DNA of 64,000 nucleotides from a virus, in the IMG/VR virus record IMGVR_UViG_3300025682_000001, positions 1 to 64,000 of that record; one strand, 5' to 3'. The notes under the pieces are model-generated. The model was given only the letters and a program-made list of their open reading frames with translations. It was not told where the DNA came from and made no database searches. Below are positions 62,630 through 64,000 of this stretch, one piece after another. Position 1 is the first letter of the stretch. Each line of letters opens with the position of its first letter. Made by a program: the position numbers and the translations under genes.

Positions 62630-63545
62630 GATGGTGGAAGACAAGGCATCACGAGACGTTACGCACGAGCTGGAGGCCATGGATGGTATCCTGGCGCGGT
62701 TGCGCCCGTATCTCCTGCAGACTCGCGCAGAGCGCGCGCATGCGCAAGCCTTAATCAAGACACAGCTGGATATCTCCTATATGCTGTGTCGCTCGCTTGA
62801 CATTAATGAAGCGCTGTCTCAGTGCCTGGTGCGCATATCGCACAATACGCCATATGACGCTGGGGCGATTTACCTTTTAGAGCCCAGCGGAAGCTTTGGT
62901 CTGGCCTTGGAATACAAGATGCCGCGTCATCTTAGCGGGCGGTATCCTAGCTTTGATAGCGAGTCGTATGCGGTCAATTTCGCCTCGATAGGTGATGCTT
63001 ACTTCGGGCCGTATGTTACATTTATGGCCATGATTGACAAGACATCAGATCCCGAGAGGGACGCTGAGCGACAGATAGCGGTGCTGCCGATGACTAGCCA
63101 TCGCGGCACCGAGGGTGTGCTGGTTATGCTGTCAGAGGATGAGTTTGACTGCGACGTGGCTCTCCGCAATGCATTGTCGTCCATATCATCCAATATGGCC
63201 TCTACGATAGCGCGTATACGCACCATGCACGCCCTTAGGGAAAGCAGCGTACAGCTCCAGCTAATGTCGGATCACGCTAGCGAAGGCATAGCCATTACCG
63301 ACAAGGGCATTGTGGTGCGTGCCAATAGAACGCTCTCTAACTGGCTGGGCCTTGACGGAGAGGCCATACAGGGAGAGCCGATTAGTCGCTTTATCCGTTG
63401 CGTGAATGGCCAATCCTACAACCTAGTCGGATTCAGCGGCGCCGTGTTGCATCCCGCGCGCTGTGAGGTACACCACCTGAATCGCGTCAACGGCTATGAG
63501 GATTGCTCGGTATGGGTAGTGCGAGTGACATCACCAGAGGGGTAA
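62622..63545 (+). CDS. GAF-like plus PAS domain sensor protein without an output domain
   Basis: PAS pattern LQLMSDHASEGIAITDKGIVVRANRTLSNWLGLDGEAIQGEPISRFI. The N-terminal half is GAF-like (LDINEALSQCLVRISHNTPYDAGAIYLLEPSG). Confidence 0.55.
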   Translation: MDEMVEDKASRDVTHELEAMDGILARLRPYLLQTRAERAHAQALIKTQLDISYMLCRSLDINEALSQCLVRISHNTPYDAGAIYLLEPSGSFGLALEYKMPRHLSGRYPSFDSESYAVNFASIGDAYFGPYVTFMAMIDKTSDPERDAERQIAVLPMTSHRGTEGVLVMLSEDEFDCDVALRNALSSISSNMASTIARIRTMHALRESSVQLQLMSDHASEGIAITDKGIVVRANRTLSNWLGLDGEAIQGEPISRFIRCVNGQSYNLVGFSGAVLHPARCEVHHLNRVNGYEDCSVWVVRVTSPEG

Positions 63546-63548
63546 GGC

Positions 63549-63890
63549 GTGTCGAGCGATATACCTTGGCGCGAAATCGTCGAGTTTATGGCATATACCA
63601 AGACCGTGCTGGGCACTCTGGAGTCGCGCTTGACCGAAATCGCGCAGGCTACGGAGCGCTTGCGCGATCGCGTTGAAATGATAGAGCGCGAGCAGGTTAT
63701 TCACGATCAAGACCAAGCGCGCATCATTGCCCTAGAGGGGAAGAACCCCTGTGAGCAGTGTATGTTTCGCAAGAACTTCGAGACTTTCTATGCCAATGAA
63801 TGGCCCGCAGTGCGCAACAAGGTTTTGGTATGGAGCGGAATCATAGGCGCAGCAGTGGTTGCGGCCAACATACTTATTAAGGTGCTATAA
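63549..63890 (+). CDS. Coiled-coil protein with a C-terminal TM anchor
   Basis: GTG start. C-terminal helix VLVWSGIIGAAVVAANILI. Confidence 0.5.
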   Translation: MSSDIPWREIVEFMAYTKTVLGTLESRLTEIAQATERLRDRVEMIEREQVIHDQDQARIIALEGKNPCEQCMFRKNFETFYANEWPAVRNKVLVWSGIIGAAVVAANILIKVL

Positions 63891-64000
63891 TGGCAGACGT
63901 GCATAAACTCCCCGAAGAGCAGTTTATGATAACGGGCAACTTCGCCAATGTATTACGCGGAGATATTCTTGATCACTCCAAATGCGCTGCCATGGCCGAA
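63890..64000 (+). CDS. Hypothetical protein, N-terminal fragment (continues past the right edge)
   Basis: ATG overlaps the previous stop (TAATG). Stop-free to the window end (MADVHKLPEEQFMITGNFANVLRGDILDHSKCAAMAE). Confidence 0.4.
   Translation, partial: MADVHKLPEEQFMITGNFANVLRGDILDHSKCAAMAE

Overview
This window is gene-dense and moderately GC-rich. It reads as a tailed-phage or prophage genome segment. All calls rest on motifs read by eye, since no homology search was possible.

Backbone:
- Long co-directional gene blocks have overlapping start/stop codons.
- A tail/baseplate-like block on the minus strand (29050-45181) holds a tape-measure-like protein of about 1120 aa, hub-like, gp25/W-like and baseplate-J-like genes.
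- A second minus-strand block (2151-13341) holds large fibre-like or receptor-binding-like proteins.
- A plus-strand block of small early genes spans 18633-25593.
- A DUF1376-like replication gene sits next to a six-copy iteron array.
- A recombination module has a Cas4-like nuclease, a Sak4-like ATPase and a phosphoesterase.
- An RlpA-like lysin is present.

Accessory content is unusually rich:
1. A ubiquitin-like conjugation gene set on the plus strand (45241-51732). It comprises a double zinc-ribbon protein, three paralogous proteins with an E2/UBC-like His...Cys signature, a JAMM/JAB peptidase, a ThiF/E1-like enzyme and a tandem double ubiquitin-like protein.
2. An ORF-free, highly structured region of about 530 nt with its own promoter and terminator (26872-27405). 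It is a candidate large ncRNA.
3. An RCC1-repeat gene bracketed by identical 103-bp direct repeats.
4. Three IS200/IS605-superfamily elements, each with a catalytically intact TnpB. Two are IS607-type with a serine recombinase and a conserved extra small ORF. One is a visibly AT-rich IS605 remnant with a truncated Y1 TnpA.
5. Eight tandem paralogous small genes plus a NYN-domain gene, inserted against the grain of the tail operon.
6. A sigma-70-family gene translationally coupled inside the baseplate block.
7. A large N6-adenine methyltransferase with a possible nuclease head.
8. A family of low-complexity, Met-rich proteins that share an N-terminal motif.

No rRNA, tRNA or CRISPR array was seen.
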